Of a stretch of 41,600 nt of DNA, positions 26,892 to 36,362 are shown piece by piece. The notes beneath the pieces are model-generated. The model saw only the letters and a list, made by a program, of their open reading frames with translations. It had not been told where the DNA came from and searched no databases. Source of the stretch: Candidatus Hadarchaeota archaeon (GTDB lineage Archaea; CAYQAE01; CAYVLA01); NCBI GenBank assembly GCA_964452145.1, contig CAYVLA010000016.1, forward strand, positions 1 through 41,600, written 5' to 3'. Numbering within the stretch: the stretch's first letter is position 1; the number at the start of each line of letters is the position of its first letter. A program made the translations under genes and the position numbers.

Positions 26892-28088
26892 TCAGAAATG
26901 GTCCAGCGAAGGCTGGAAGGGTCCCCTGTAGGGGAAGAGCTTATCTGCGAGCTTGAGGGCGCTCCGGGACGAGCATCCCACGCGGCCCTGGGAAGCCAGT
27001 TCCGCCACAGGAAGGCTGCCAGGTACCATCTGGGATAGCTCCCGTATATCCAGATCCAACGATTCGCATCCCGGAACCGGCTTCCCCCGGGTCACGGTCG
27101 CCTCTTCTCCGTCTCCTTCGATGATGAACGTGTCTGAGTTAGCCTCGACAACGTCATCCCTGATCCTCAGCGCGAGCTTTGCCCGCACTCGGGAAAAATA
27201 GCCCTTCAGGGAATCCAGAGTTGCCAAGACATCGTTCACCCTGAACATCCCGCTCCATCCCACGGATAGTGATGCACCCGGGACAGCGAGGGCAGATAGG
27301 ACGCGATCCCCTCGGTGCCCCACATAGGCCACCATCTCGCACTGCTGTGAGTTCGCCAGATCACCAACGAGCCCAACCAGGGCGCTGAAGCTGCGGAAGC
27401 CCGCCTCCTCCACTACAAGGACCCTCCTAGCACCTTCCTCGACCTTCTCCTCGCGGATGTTCGAGCAGAGATAGCCCTTCACACCTCCACTATCGTACAC
27501 CCGGACCGTGGATCGGCCCAGGATTCTCACCCTCCAGTGGATCGGGTCCCTGAGCATGGCGCATGAACGTCCTCGGTAGGTCCGATCATAGCAGGCCATG
27601 ACCTCCTCCAGATCATCTTCCGAGTAATCCCTCACCTTGCACGATCCGCGGGACCTTGGAAGGCAGCCCGGAGGCACCCTGAGCCAGCTGACGATTGAGC
27701 ACCTCTCGTATCCGACCCTCCTATAGAAGGTATCACGTCCGTAGAGCATGGATACAGGATAGCCCTTGCGTACTAGTAGTCGGATCATATCCTTGAGCAG
27801 TTGGGTCGCAATCCCCATCCCCCGGTACTCCTGAAGCGTGCAGACCTCGGCTATGCCGCCCATCCTGAGAGTGCTCGGGCCCATCCATATGGTCCGAGGC
27901 GCTGCCCTGAGGTAGCTGATGAGACGGCCATCCTTTTCGGCGACGCGGGTCAGGGAGAAGTCATAGAAAGGATCGTTCTGGTAGATCCTCCTGAAGACCT
28001 CGACAGGGGCGTTGTAGGCCCTGGATGTCAGGGTGAGCATGCCCTCCAGCTCATCCTTCCGCAGAGAACGTACCTTGTAGGCGGTCAT
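26892..28088 (-). CDS. Eis-like GNAT acetyltransferase with SCP2-like C-terminal domain
   Basis: GGIAEVCTLQEYRGMGIATQL and FYRRVGY; second GNAT domain; FRVNDV...LRIRDD...LDIRELSQM; C-terminal DHF. Confidence 0.88.
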   Translation of the reverse strand: MTAYKVRSLRKDELEGMLTLTSRAYNAPVEVFRRIYQNDPFYDFSLTRVAEKDGRLISYLRAAPRTIWMGPSTLRMGGIAEVCTLQEYRGMGIATQLLKDMIRLLVRKGYPVSMLYGRDTFYRRVGYERCSIVSWLRVPPGCLPRSRGSCKVRDYSEDDLEEVMACYDRTYRGRSCAMLRDPIHWRVRILGRSTVRVYDSGGVKGYLCSNIREEKVEEGARRVLVVEEAGFRSFSALVGLVGDLANSQQCEMVAYVGHRGDRVLSALAVPGASLSVGWSGMFRVNDVLATLDSLKGYFSRVRAKLALRIRDDVVEANSDTFIIEGDGEEATVTRGKPVPGCESLDLDIRELSQMVPGSLPVAELASQGRVGCSSRSALKLADKLFPYRGPFQPSLDHF

Positions 28089-28261
28089 CCTGCCACTTCT
28101 CGTGAGAGGCGATACGACCTGAAATGTTGCCAGCTACCCACAGCCTTAGATATAGTATTAAACTTGTGCGACCAAGAATTGCCGCAGCACGGGATGAAGA
28201 GGAAGCGATATATCGATCTCAAATGAGAGCGTACCAACCGCCCGACCGTGCTGCACTTTCA

Positions 28262-30556
28262 TCAGGACCTGGCCTTCTCGGGTATCCAGAAGACCTCGAA
28301 TCTGTAGATGCTTCTGCCGTTCTGGGGATCATGGACCAGGATCCTGGCCTTCCAATCATTCCCTATCGTCGGTTGCTCGATGATGTATGCCCATCCCCGG
28401 ACCTCCAGGGGCTTGATTGCCAGGCGTCCTCCTGGAGGCGGCGTTTGGTAGAATTCGTAGCGAACGTCCCTTGATTGCTCGTCGGAGATGTGCTGAATGG
28501 CCAGGGTCCCATCCCCGACGGTTAGCACTTCCATTCCGTCGATGTCGGCCTCGAAGTAGAGGAACTTCCGGGCATCGGGAGCATTTGCCAAGGCCTCGTC
28601 CCGGGCCCGGGCCTCCCGCAGTATCTTCTCGACGTCCGAGGCATCCGGGGCATCCTTCAAAGCCCGTCTGTAGGTGCCCAGATCAGCCAGCCCCCTCTCG
28701 GCCAAGTCGACGAAGGTTTCCACCCCTATGGTGCTAAACCAGCCCACCCTCCTGCCGTATCTGTCGAGGGCCTTCTTCAACCGGGCAATCGCTCTCTGGG
28801 TCTGCCTCTTCGACCTCTCCGTGCCCTCCTCTTCGTACCTGAAGAAGTGCATGAACGCAGATACGTAGGCGACGTTAAGGGTGAGGAAATCCCTGCCTTC
28901 CAGAAGGCCTTTTCTTGCCTGTCGCGACCTGTCCCTATCGCGGATGTGGCGGCTGGCCTGGGAGAAGAGGCCGAGCATCTGACCGTAGATCCGCAGGCCC
29001 TCCTCCATCTCCTCGAGGGCTTCGTCAAAGTGTGGTTTGGATAAAAGGTAGAAGTCCCTGAGGAACGCCGCATGGCCCCTTCCTCGGTCCAGGAATGGAT
29101 TCCCCTCCGCTGGGAAGAGACCCGTGAACAGATGCGGTATGGGGTTCCATGCATGGGTGGATGCATACGGCCCTATGTAGAGGGATTTCTCCATGGCGTC
29201 GTTCGACATCAGGAGCATCTTCGCAATGGGGCGTGCCGCCCTTCTCCCGAATGTCTGGGATGCCCAGTCCTCCGCAAGCACCTTTGGCGGCAGATGTGGC
29301 TCCCAGAACAGCCTCCTGGCAGCGTAGTGGTGGGCATCCATCCAGAGCGTGGACGGGAATCCAGTCATGACGGCCTTTGCTCTCCGGTTCAAGGCATAGT
29401 TGAGTCCAGCCTGAAACCATTCCCCCATGTAGTCGGGGTAGATCTGGCAACCGTGGGGGCCGTGGACCATTTCCAGCTCGACGGCTGTCGCGTGCCGCGT
29501 CTGCCCCAGAGTCGGGTTGAAGGCCTGGTACCACCACTGGTCGCATTTGGTGAGCTTTATGGACACGATCAGGTTCCTGGTAGGGATCTCCTGGAAGATC
29601 GACTTGTAGATCGAAGGCACGCTGTGCTGCTCCCAGTCGTTGACGACCCACGTTCTATGGTAGTAGATCTTGTCAAACTCGTCTACCACGACCTGATACA
29701 TTGCCTTGACGAATCTACGGTACTTCTCCTCGATCGACAACTTGCTGTCGTTGTGGATTACGTCAAACGATCTTATGTTGCCGATCGGAAGCATCTCGCC
29801 TATCCTGACCGCGATACCATCCATCTCGGGAAGGGCTCCCAGGATCTCCCTGTATCGGTTCTGCAGCAGGTTCCACATCCCTGAGTCCTCGGGCGAGAGC
29901 CTAGCGCGCTCCTTGACGAGCATGGAATCCTGGTAGAGGAGTTCGTCTCCCATGAGCAGGGATTTCATGCCGTATCTGTGGGACTCCTGCACGATGTCCG
30001 AATACAACTGGCGGTAGGTCTGGGTTCTATCGCTGTGCGGCGGCTCGGGCCAGCTTGCCACCCTGTAGGTTGAATGCAGGACGATGTGGTTCGCACCCAG
30101 TCTGAAGGAGCGCGCGATATCCTTCTTGGCCTGATCAAGGACCGCATCATATCGTGGCTTGTTGACGTAGGGAGCTGTCGGCAGATCCAGGGATCCAACT
30201 CCTATGTGCATGAACCTCATCGGGAAGGCCGGATTCATGGCCACGTCCAGTTTGGGAACCCGTCCGAGGGTTCTGATCCTGTCTGCAAGGTATGCCAGAC
30301 CCCTCGCAGCGCCCTGGGCAGATGCTCCGACTATCTGCCATCCCCTGTCTCCTTTCGTGCGGATTCGGAACCCCTCAGGGTCTCCGAGCTCTGAGGGGCT
30401 CACCGTGATAGCTAGGCTGGGACTTCCCCTGCTTGTTGGACCTCGGCCCAGCTTCATTCCCATCGACGCACATGCATCATCAAGTTCCCTTAGTGCCTCC
30501 GCGATTGCCGGGCATTCCTCTAGGCCTTCCGCCAGCCGCATCATCACCGCGACCAT
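28262..30556 (-). CDS. Large glycoside hydrolase-like protein (GH20-type N-terminal domain, GH67/115/138-like TIM barrel)
   Basis: EGFRIR...IVGASAQGAARGL...PAFPMR N-terminal domain; DGIAVRIGE, RTW and NPTLG motifs; no signal peptide; exact GH family not assignable by eye. Confidence 0.65.
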   Translation of the reverse strand: MVAVMMRLAEGLEECPAIAEALRELDDACASMGMKLGRGPTSRGSPSLAITVSPSELGDPEGFRIRTKGDRGWQIVGASAQGAARGLAYLADRIRTLGRVPKLDVAMNPAFPMRFMHIGVGSLDLPTAPYVNKPRYDAVLDQAKKDIARSFRLGANHIVLHSTYRVASWPEPPHSDRTQTYRQLYSDIVQESHRYGMKSLLMGDELLYQDSMLVKERARLSPEDSGMWNLLQNRYREILGALPEMDGIAVRIGEMLPIGNIRSFDVIHNDSKLSIEEKYRRFVKAMYQVVVDEFDKIYYHRTWVVNDWEQHSVPSIYKSIFQEIPTRNLIVSIKLTKCDQWWYQAFNPTLGQTRHATAVELEMVHGPHGCQIYPDYMGEWFQAGLNYALNRRAKAVMTGFPSTLWMDAHHYAARRLFWEPHLPPKVLAEDWASQTFGRRAARPIAKMLLMSNDAMEKSLYIGPYASTHAWNPIPHLFTGLFPAEGNPFLDRGRGHAAFLRDFYLLSKPHFDEALEEMEEGLRIYGQMLGLFSQASRHIRDRDRSRQARKGLLEGRDFLTLNVAYVSAFMHFFRYEEEGTERSKRQTQRAIARLKKALDRYGRRVGWFSTIGVETFVDLAERGLADLGTYRRALKDAPDASDVEKILREARARDEALANAPDARKFLYFEADIDGMEVLTVGDGTLAIQHISDEQSRDVRYEFYQTPPPGGRLAIKPLEVRGWAYIIEQPTIGNDWKARILVHDPQNGRSIYRFEVFWIPEKARS

Positions 30557-30678
30557 TTCATCGATCTCCGGGCGATCGCAGGAACAGCGTCGTCTTAAAG
30601 GTAACTGATACCAAGAAGGAGGAGGGATGGCTGGTTTCGCATGCAATACATAAAAGCCGGGGGCCAAACCCTCTTCTC

Positions 30679-31605
30679 ATGCAGCAGGAAAAGGAGGATC
30701 ATTCCGAGAAGGAGGAAACCGATCCCGTATCCAAGTATCGGGCGTCCGGCAAGGTGGCGGGAGAGGTTTTGAATTATGCGGTGTCTCTGGTCCGTGAAGG
30801 AGCTAAACTGATCGACATCTGCACGCAAGTCGAGAACCGGATAAGGGATCTGGGATGCGAGCCCGCTTTTCCTACCAACATCTCGATCGACCATGTCGCC
30901 GCTCACTATACGAGCCCCCCAAACGATGCCACCGCGTTCAAAGCCGGGCAGTTGGTCAAGATTGACGTCGGTGCCCATCTCGACGGGTTCATAGGTGATG
31001 CAGCCCAGTCGCTCATCGTCGGAGAAGGAGAGACGGACCTGATCCGATGTACCGAGGAGGCGCTGAAGGAAGCGTTAGCGATGGCCGGCCCCAAGGTGAT
31101 GACCAACGACATAGGCAAGAGGATCGAGGAGGTCATCAGGAGCTATGGCTTCGTCCCCATCAGGCAGCTATCCGGCCACACCCTCGAGCAGTACATTCAG
31201 CACGGAGGCAAGACGATTCCAAACTTCTCCATGCCCCACGGGGAGCCCCTGGAGGTCGGCGAGGCCTATGGAATGGATATCTTTGCCAGCAACGGAACAG
31301 GGAACGTGACGGAGTCGGCGCTCTGCCACATCTACGCAGTCAATGTGGACAACCCCTTTCCAAGGCTCAGAGCATCCAAGCGGCTCTATGGCTACATCCT
31401 GGAGAACTACAGAACCCTGCCCTTCGCCGAGAGATGGTACAAGCCCAAGTTCCCGGCTTCGAGGATCGCCCTTCTTGAGATGCTTCAGAACAAGGCGCTG
31501 AGGAGATACGGCGTCCTCTCGGAGAACAGGGGAGTTCTGGTGGGGCAAAGCGAGGATTCGTTCGTCGTCACCGAGAACGGCGTAGACGTTACTACCAGGC
31601 CGTAG
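30679..31605 (+). CDS. map: Type II methionine aminopeptidase (one metal ligand Glu to Asp)
   Basis: AFPTNISID.VAAHYT, KIDVGAHLDGFIGD, LSGH, LPFAERW and QSED motifs; AATACATAAA about 25-30 nt upstream of the ATG at 30679. Confidence 0.9.
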   Translation: MQQEKEDHSEKEETDPVSKYRASGKVAGEVLNYAVSLVREGAKLIDICTQVENRIRDLGCEPAFPTNISIDHVAAHYTSPPNDATAFKAGQLVKIDVGAHLDGFIGDAAQSLIVGEGETDLIRCTEEALKEALAMAGPKVMTNDIGKRIEEVIRSYGFVPIRQLSGHTLEQYIQHGGKTIPNFSMPHGEPLEVGEAYGMDIFASNGTGNVTESALCHIYAVNVDNPFPRLRASKRLYGYILENYRTLPFAERWYKPKFPASRIALLEMLQNKALRRYGVLSENRGVLVGQSEDSFVVTENGVDVTTRP

Positions 31606-32242
31606 TCCTGTTCCTGACGGTCCTCCAGCTGCCCGCCATGGCAATCAACGCGATGACGGCGAATGCGATGGTGAACCCACCCTCGGGAATCGGTGCAACG
31701 GCCAGACCTATTGCAAGTAGCCCTGATTTGCCATCATAGTCCCTCGTCTCCCATGCGGGGTAGCCGAAGACGGTCGTCGACCTCGCGTATCCTTCGGTTG
31801 TCTCCCAGGAGAAGCCCCATCCCTGCCAAATGCCAAACCACGGTCCGGCTTGTTGGCTCATGGTGTCGTAGATGATGACCGAAACGCTGTCCTCCGCTTC
31901 TGACTTCGTGTAGTCGCGCTGAGCGAAGCTGTAGGAAACCCCCATCATATCGATCTTGGCGCCACTCGGATCATCCCCGGTCCAGCCCGCCAAGGGATCG
32001 GGAAGCTTGGCAATTAAAAGCGTGAACGCCACCGCCTCGCCTGGGTGCGCTTTGTCGAGAGCTTCGATCGCCGCCAAGTTCATGGCTGCCGCATAGTCGA
32101 ACAGGATCTGGTTCGAGTCTATGTCGTCCCCATTGATGAACACAGCCATCCTTGCGCCAACCGCTTCCTGAGCGCTGACCAGCGCCCCAGTACCCACAGC
32201 CACCGACAGCAAGAGACCCACGACAATAGCATTGAGCTTCAT
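31592..32242 (-). CDS. Secreted protein with a PEF-CTERM-like (IPEG) C-terminal sorting signal
   Basis: Signal peptide ending VSA-Q; C-terminus PIPEGG + hydrophobic helix + RTVRNR; GGAGG ribosome-binding site and a TTTTTAAG TATA box upstream. Confidence 0.78.
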   Translation of the reverse strand: MKLNAIVVGLLLSVAVGTGALVSAQEAVGARMAVFINGDDIDSNQILFDYAAAMNLAAIEALDKAHPGEAVAFTLLIAKLPDPLAGWTGDDPSGAKIDMMGVSYSFAQRDYTKSEAEDSVSVIIYDTMSQQAGPWFGIWQGWGFSWETTEGYARSTTVFGYPAWETRDYDGKSGLLAIGLAVAPIPEGGFTIAFAVIALIAMAGSWRTVRNRTTAW

Positions 32243-32309
32243 TGTTTGCCTCCGGATTGCTCCGAGGTGGTTCGGAGGGCAACCCGCTTAAAAATCTCCC
32301 CAGTAGTCT

Positions 32310-32676
32310 CCGGCGCGGACAGTCCGTGGCGTAGATGCTCATAGAGAACCGCATTCACCATGAGCTCGGCCTATGTCCTGGGAATAGGATACGATCCTGT
32401 GCAGGCTTTCTGCCATCAGCATGGGGATGGCGGGCGGCTCCGGTCCCAGGCTTTTTTCACGTCCGCGAATGTCCAGATGGCATACTTTCCTTTGTGTTCA
32501 TATGCTTGGCTGAGAAGTGCTTGGGCGTCCTTGATCTCCCTCCTCACGAAAGACCTAGCGGATCTGGAGAGGATCTCCGAGAAGGAGCGAGCCAGAGTGT
32601 AGTCGAAGGGAGGGATGTCGAATCCGAGGTCGAGATGGGCGAGTTCAAGGTCTTCCCGAATAGCAAGGAGTAGGTC
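32310..32676 (-). pseudogene. Decayed PhoU-family phosphate uptake regulator (C-terminal fragment, two frameshifts)
   Basis: Manual translation: DLLLAIREDLELAHLDLGFDIPPFDYTLARSFSEILSRSARSFVRREIKDAQALL...; after a shift near the A6 run, LMAESLHRIVSYSQDI; after one extra G, AELMVNAVLY. This resembles the archaeal PhoU end motif ESLxRIxxYxxDIAE. There is no start codon. Confidence 0.65.
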
Positions 32677-33113
32677 TATTCCTGATTGGGCCGATCAGAA
32701 CAGAAGGCCCCCGACACCCAGTCTCCTATCTCATCCCTCAGCTGCCTCAGTGCGGTTAGCTTCTCATCATCGGTTCCGACAAGCGTCTCCGGGTCTTTGA
32801 ACCCCTTGTGGATGTAGGTGCCTCCTGGCTGAACGATAGGGCAGATCCCCCTTGTGTCATCGCAGACCGTGACGACGAAATCGAATTCCTTGTCAAGGAA
32901 TGCACCCAAACCCTTAGCACTCTGTCCGGAGATGTCGATCCCGATCTCCCTCATCGCCTCGACGACCGCTGGGTTGATTTCCGTGGGCTCGGTCCCAGCG
33001 CTGTAGGCCTCGTATCGGTCGCCGCAGGTATGTCTCAGAAAGGCCTCCGCCATCTGGGATCGGGCCGAGTTGTGCCTGCAGATGAAGAGGACCCTTGTCT
33101 TGCCGGGCTGCAT
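32676..33113 (-). CDS. arsC: Thioredoxin-coupled arsenate reductase (LMW-PTP fold)
   Basis: CRHNSARSQMAE P-loop, SAGT, VTVCD...CP (redox Cys pair) and FKDP. Confidence 0.88.
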   Translation of the reverse strand: MQPGKTRVLFICRHNSARSQMAEAFLRHTCGDRYEAYSAGTEPTEINPAVVEAMREIGIDISGQSAKGLGAFLDKEFDFVVTVCDDTRGICPIVQPGGTYIHKGFKDPETLVGTDDEKLTALRQLRDEIGDWVSGAFCSDRPNQE

Positions 33114-33117
33114 CGAT

Positions 33118-34032
33118 TCACCGCCCGAGGCCGGGCCCTCGCTTCGACATATCTCGGACATGCTCGATGGCAGACAGCCCGGCAACGCACCCCTCACCTA
33201 TCGCCTTGCAGACCTGGAACGGAGGTCCCGTTATGTCGCCGCACGCAAAGACACCTTCCACCTCGGTCCTCTGAGACCGATCCACATCTATGAAGCCCTT
33301 CTCATTGGGGATGATCCCGATCGGAAGCGCCAGCTCCATGATGCCCCTCGAGCCCATCTCGATGAAGATCCCGTCGAGCTCTAGGAAGGTTCCGTCGCCG
33401 AAGGTGAGACGCTGAACTGTAGACTTCCCCTCCACCCCGGTTGGGACCTTGTCCTGGAGTTTCACACCCTTGGCTGACAACGTGCCTCTTCTCTCCGTGC
33501 TCATCGCACCTTCGGGATCGACGAGGAATACGTCGGATGCATATTCCATGAGGCTCTCGGCAGCAACGTAAGCAGCGCTCTCGCCCCCGATGACGGCCAC
33601 CCTCTTTCCCTTGAAGAGAGGACCATCGCAGTCGGCACAATAGCTTACGCCCTTTCCTATGAACTCTTCCTCCCCTCGGATGGGTGACTTGTTTCTGGCT
33701 ATTCCGGTCGAGAGAATGAGGGCCTTTGACTTCACGGTCTGCCCCCCTTCGAGTTCGCATAGGAAATCCCCGTCCACCTTGCCAAGCCTCACCGCATCCG
33801 CCTCAACGAAAGTCGCGCCGAACTTCCGTGCCTGTTCTTTCCCTTTGCGTAGGAGTTCCTTCCCGCTCACCTCGCCCAGGACGCAGAACAGGTTCTCCAC
33901 CCAAGCCCACCCGAGACTGCTCTTGGCCGTCTTGCCAAGAACGACCACCTTGGCCTTCCTCCTTGCGGCGTGTATCGCTGCCTGGATGCCTGCCGGCCCG
34001 GCACCAATGATCAGGATCTCCGTGTCCCACAA
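33118..34032 (-). CDS. trxB: Thioredoxin reductase-family FAD/NAD(P) oxidoreductase
   Basis: IIGAGPAG, GVSYCADCDG, VIGGES and GVFACGD motifs. Confidence 0.9.
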   Translation of the reverse strand: MWDTEILIIGAGPAGIQAAIHAARRKAKVVVLGKTAKSSLGWAWVENLFCVLGEVSGKELLRKGKEQARKFGATFVEADAVRLGKVDGDFLCELEGGQTVKSKALILSTGIARNKSPIRGEEEFIGKGVSYCADCDGPLFKGKRVAVIGGESAAYVAAESLMEYASDVFLVDPEGAMSTERRGTLSAKGVKLQDKVPTGVEGKSTVQRLTFGDGTFLELDGIFIEMGSRGIMELALPIGIIPNEKGFIDVDRSQRTEVEGVFACGDITGPPFQVCKAIGEGCVAGLSAIEHVRDMSKRGPGLGR

Positions 34033-34185
34033 TTGTGATCGACCAGATCCAAGCCTTGTGAGCTAATAATCCTTCATTGGCCGAGACCGGGGTCACGGCT
34101 CGGGTTCGCTGGAGCTTCATGCTTGGGAAACCATTTTAGGTCCGATCCAATTAGGCCTCGGAGCTACCCGTTCGGAGAAGATCGT

Positions 34186-35010
34186 ATGGGAGTTGTAGGC
34201 AAGAGGATCAGGCTTGGACGGATATTCGGAGAAGACGGCAAAACCTTCGTTGTCCCGATGGATCATGGCGTCGACTTGGGTCCCTTGGGTGGGATCGAGG
34301 ATATCAGATCCGCAGTCAGGCGGGTCGTTGAGAGCGATCCCCGTCCGGATGCCACGCTGCTCAACCCGTCCATGATCAAGCTCTGCCACGAAGACCTCGC
34401 CGGCAAGTTGGGGCTCATCGCCCGCCTTGACGGAACGGCCTCCAACATCGGACCGGACATCACCGACTATAGGCTTTTCAGCTCGGTCACGGAGGCAGTG
34501 AACATAGGGGCAGATGCCGTGGCCACCATGGCCTTCATCGGCGTTCCGAGGGAGTCTGAAAACTCTGAGAAGATAGGGCGGGTGTCCCAGGAATGCGAAA
34601 GACTCGGGATGCCACACATCGTCGAGGCCCTGCCGCCCGAGATACTGGACTACCACTTCAAGCCGAAAGCCAAACGGGAGTGGCCTTCGGTCGAGCATGT
34701 GAAGTTCGTTGACAGGGTGGCCGCGGAACTGGGGGCGGACGTTGTGAAGTCATACTACACGGGCGATCCCGACTCTTTCAGAGAGGTCGTCAGATGCTGT
34801 CCGGTCCCGGTCATAGTCCTGAGCGGGCCCGGGGCGGGGGACTCCGAGGGGTTGCTCCGCATGGTGGAGGACGTCATGGACGCGGGCGCCAAGGGGGTGA
34901 TCATGGGGCGCAATGTCTGGGGAGACAGCAAACCCGCATCGGTCATAAGAGCGATCCACGGGATAGTCCATGAGGAGAAGACAGCCGAGAAAGTCCTGAA
35001 GGCGAAGTAG
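34186..35010 (+). CDS. Class I aldolase, DhnA/LsrF family
   Basis: GKRIRLGRIF, VPMDHG, GADAV, AAELGADVVK (Schiff-base Lys) and MGRNVW; GGAG before the ATG at 34186. Confidence 0.9.
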   Translation: MGVVGKRIRLGRIFGEDGKTFVVPMDHGVDLGPLGGIEDIRSAVRRVVESDPRPDATLLNPSMIKLCHEDLAGKLGLIARLDGTASNIGPDITDYRLFSSVTEAVNIGADAVATMAFIGVPRESENSEKIGRVSQECERLGMPHIVEALPPEILDYHFKPKAKREWPSVEHVKFVDRVAAELGADVVKSYYTGDPDSFREVVRCCPVPVIVLSGPGAGDSEGLLRMVEDVMDAGAKGVIMGRNVWGDSKPASVIRAIHGIVHEEKTAEKVLKAK

Positions 35011-35309
35011 GGGAGCCATCAGCTGGGGTCCGGGGAGCTGGGAATCGGCATGATCGGCGTTCACTCGATGAACCAAGAAGATTGCGAGACCCTGCGCGAG
35101 GCCCCCGACGGGAGGATGTGGATCCGATGGCGACCCTCCCGCCCGATCACCTCCATGGCGAACACACCGTCCGGGCTCTCGTTGAGGGGTTCAGGACCAT
35201 CGGCACATGCCCGGACGCGGGGGAATCCATACGGACTGGCCAAGCGTGCAAGGTGGCTAGGATCGAGACCGGCTGAGCGGCCGATCACAAGATTGGGAGA
35301 TGAAGAAAC

Positions 35310-36341
35310 GTGGAGGAGCTGAGAAGGGGGCAAGTCGGAGTAGATCCTTACTACTTCAAGGTCGACATGCCTTTCTACCGAAGACGGATCGAGTCCTTCC
35401 TGCCTAGGCGCATCGTGGATGTGCACGCCCACGCCACCGGAGCTGGAGAGGTTCGAAAAGGAGCGCCCTTGCCCGTCTTCTGGGCGGAGCGGATCTGCCC
35501 CAAGGGGATGGACCTGCCATCCCTGATGAAGAGCTACGTCCTCATGCTGCCGGGCAAGGAGGTTCGACCGGTTGTGTTCCCGATGCCCTCCAAACGCCTC
35601 GACCCCGATCGCGGAAACCGATACGTTGCACGGGAGGCGGCCCGGTTTGGCCTCAAGGCCTTGATCCTGACCAATCCAGAGTGGTGCAAGGAGGAGCTGA
35701 TCGACAGAGTTGAGCAGTACGGGTTCGTGGGGTTGAAGCCCTATCCCTCAACAGTTCACGGAATGGGACCGGATGATGCCCGGATATATGACTACCTGCC
35801 CAAGGCCCACCTGAGGGCCGCCGATGAGGAAGGCTGGCTCGTCATACTCCACATATCAAGGCCGGGCAGGCTGAATGATCGGCTCAACCTCGAGCAGCTC
35901 ATGGAGATCGACTCGGCCTACCCCGGTGCAAGAATCGTCGTTGCCCATGTGGGTCGTGCCTACTGCGGCAGCTATGGAGAAGCCTTCGAAGTGCTCAGCC
36001 AGTCCAAGAATCTTCTTTTCGACATATCGGCTAACTCAAACCCGGTGGTCTTTGAGAATCTGATCGATTCGGTGGGGCCCGAAAGGATTCTCTTTGGCAG
36101 CGACATGCCGATCGCCGCGATGCACGCACGCAGGATCTGCGAGGGGAACAACTACGTCAACGTCACGCTCGGGGCTGACTGGGAAGACGAGCACACTAGG
36201 ATGGGGAGACCCGAGGACGGGATCACGTTCTTCCTCTACGAGGAGATCGCCGCCTTCAAACAGGCGGCTGAAACCCGTGGGCTGGGAGGGCGCGAGATCA
36301 GGGATATCTTCTTCAGGAACGCGGCCAGAATCTTGGGTTAG
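35310..36341 (+). CDS. Amidohydrolase_2-family metal-dependent hydrolase
   Basis: VDVHAH, GLKPY, ILH, VAHVGR and LFGSDMP motifs. Confidence 0.88.
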   Translation: MEELRRGQVGVDPYYFKVDMPFYRRRIESFLPRRIVDVHAHATGAGEVRKGAPLPVFWAERICPKGMDLPSLMKSYVLMLPGKEVRPVVFPMPSKRLDPDRGNRYVAREAARFGLKALILTNPEWCKEELIDRVEQYGFVGLKPYPSTVHGMGPDDARIYDYLPKAHLRAADEEGWLVILHISRPGRLNDRLNLEQLMEIDSAYPGARIVVAHVGRAYCGSYGEAFEVLSQSKNLLFDISANSNPVVFENLIDSVGPERILFGSDMPIAAMHARRICEGNNYVNVTLGADWEDEHTRMGRPEDGITFFLYEEIAAFKQAAETRGLGGREIRDIFFRNAARILG

Positions 36342-36362
36342 GAGAGGAGGACTGAGTCAGAC

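Noticed and set aside
28089..28261. AT-rich spacer with a GATATATC palindrome and TGAAGA
   Set aside because: Compatible with promoter elements; no complete C/D or other ncRNA pattern
32335..32673. Plus-strand ORFs 32335..32673 and 32360..32602
   Set aside because: They are shadows of the minus-strand PhoU-like remnant, with no motifs of their own
32676..34032. Selenocysteine in trxB or arsC
   Set aside because: The redox motifs use ordinary Cys codons and no in-frame TGA interrupts a domain
8041..34185. Long N-terminal extensions in the ORF track (starts at 8041, 25661, 30433, 30667, 33197, 34123)
   Set aside because: They overlap neighbouring genes or promoters. Downstream starts fit the family N-termini and the RBS/TATA spacing better.
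35011..35309. About 300-nt gap between the aldolase and amidohydrolase with short ORFs on both strands
   Set aside because: Possibly a gene remnant, but I could not match any frame to a family
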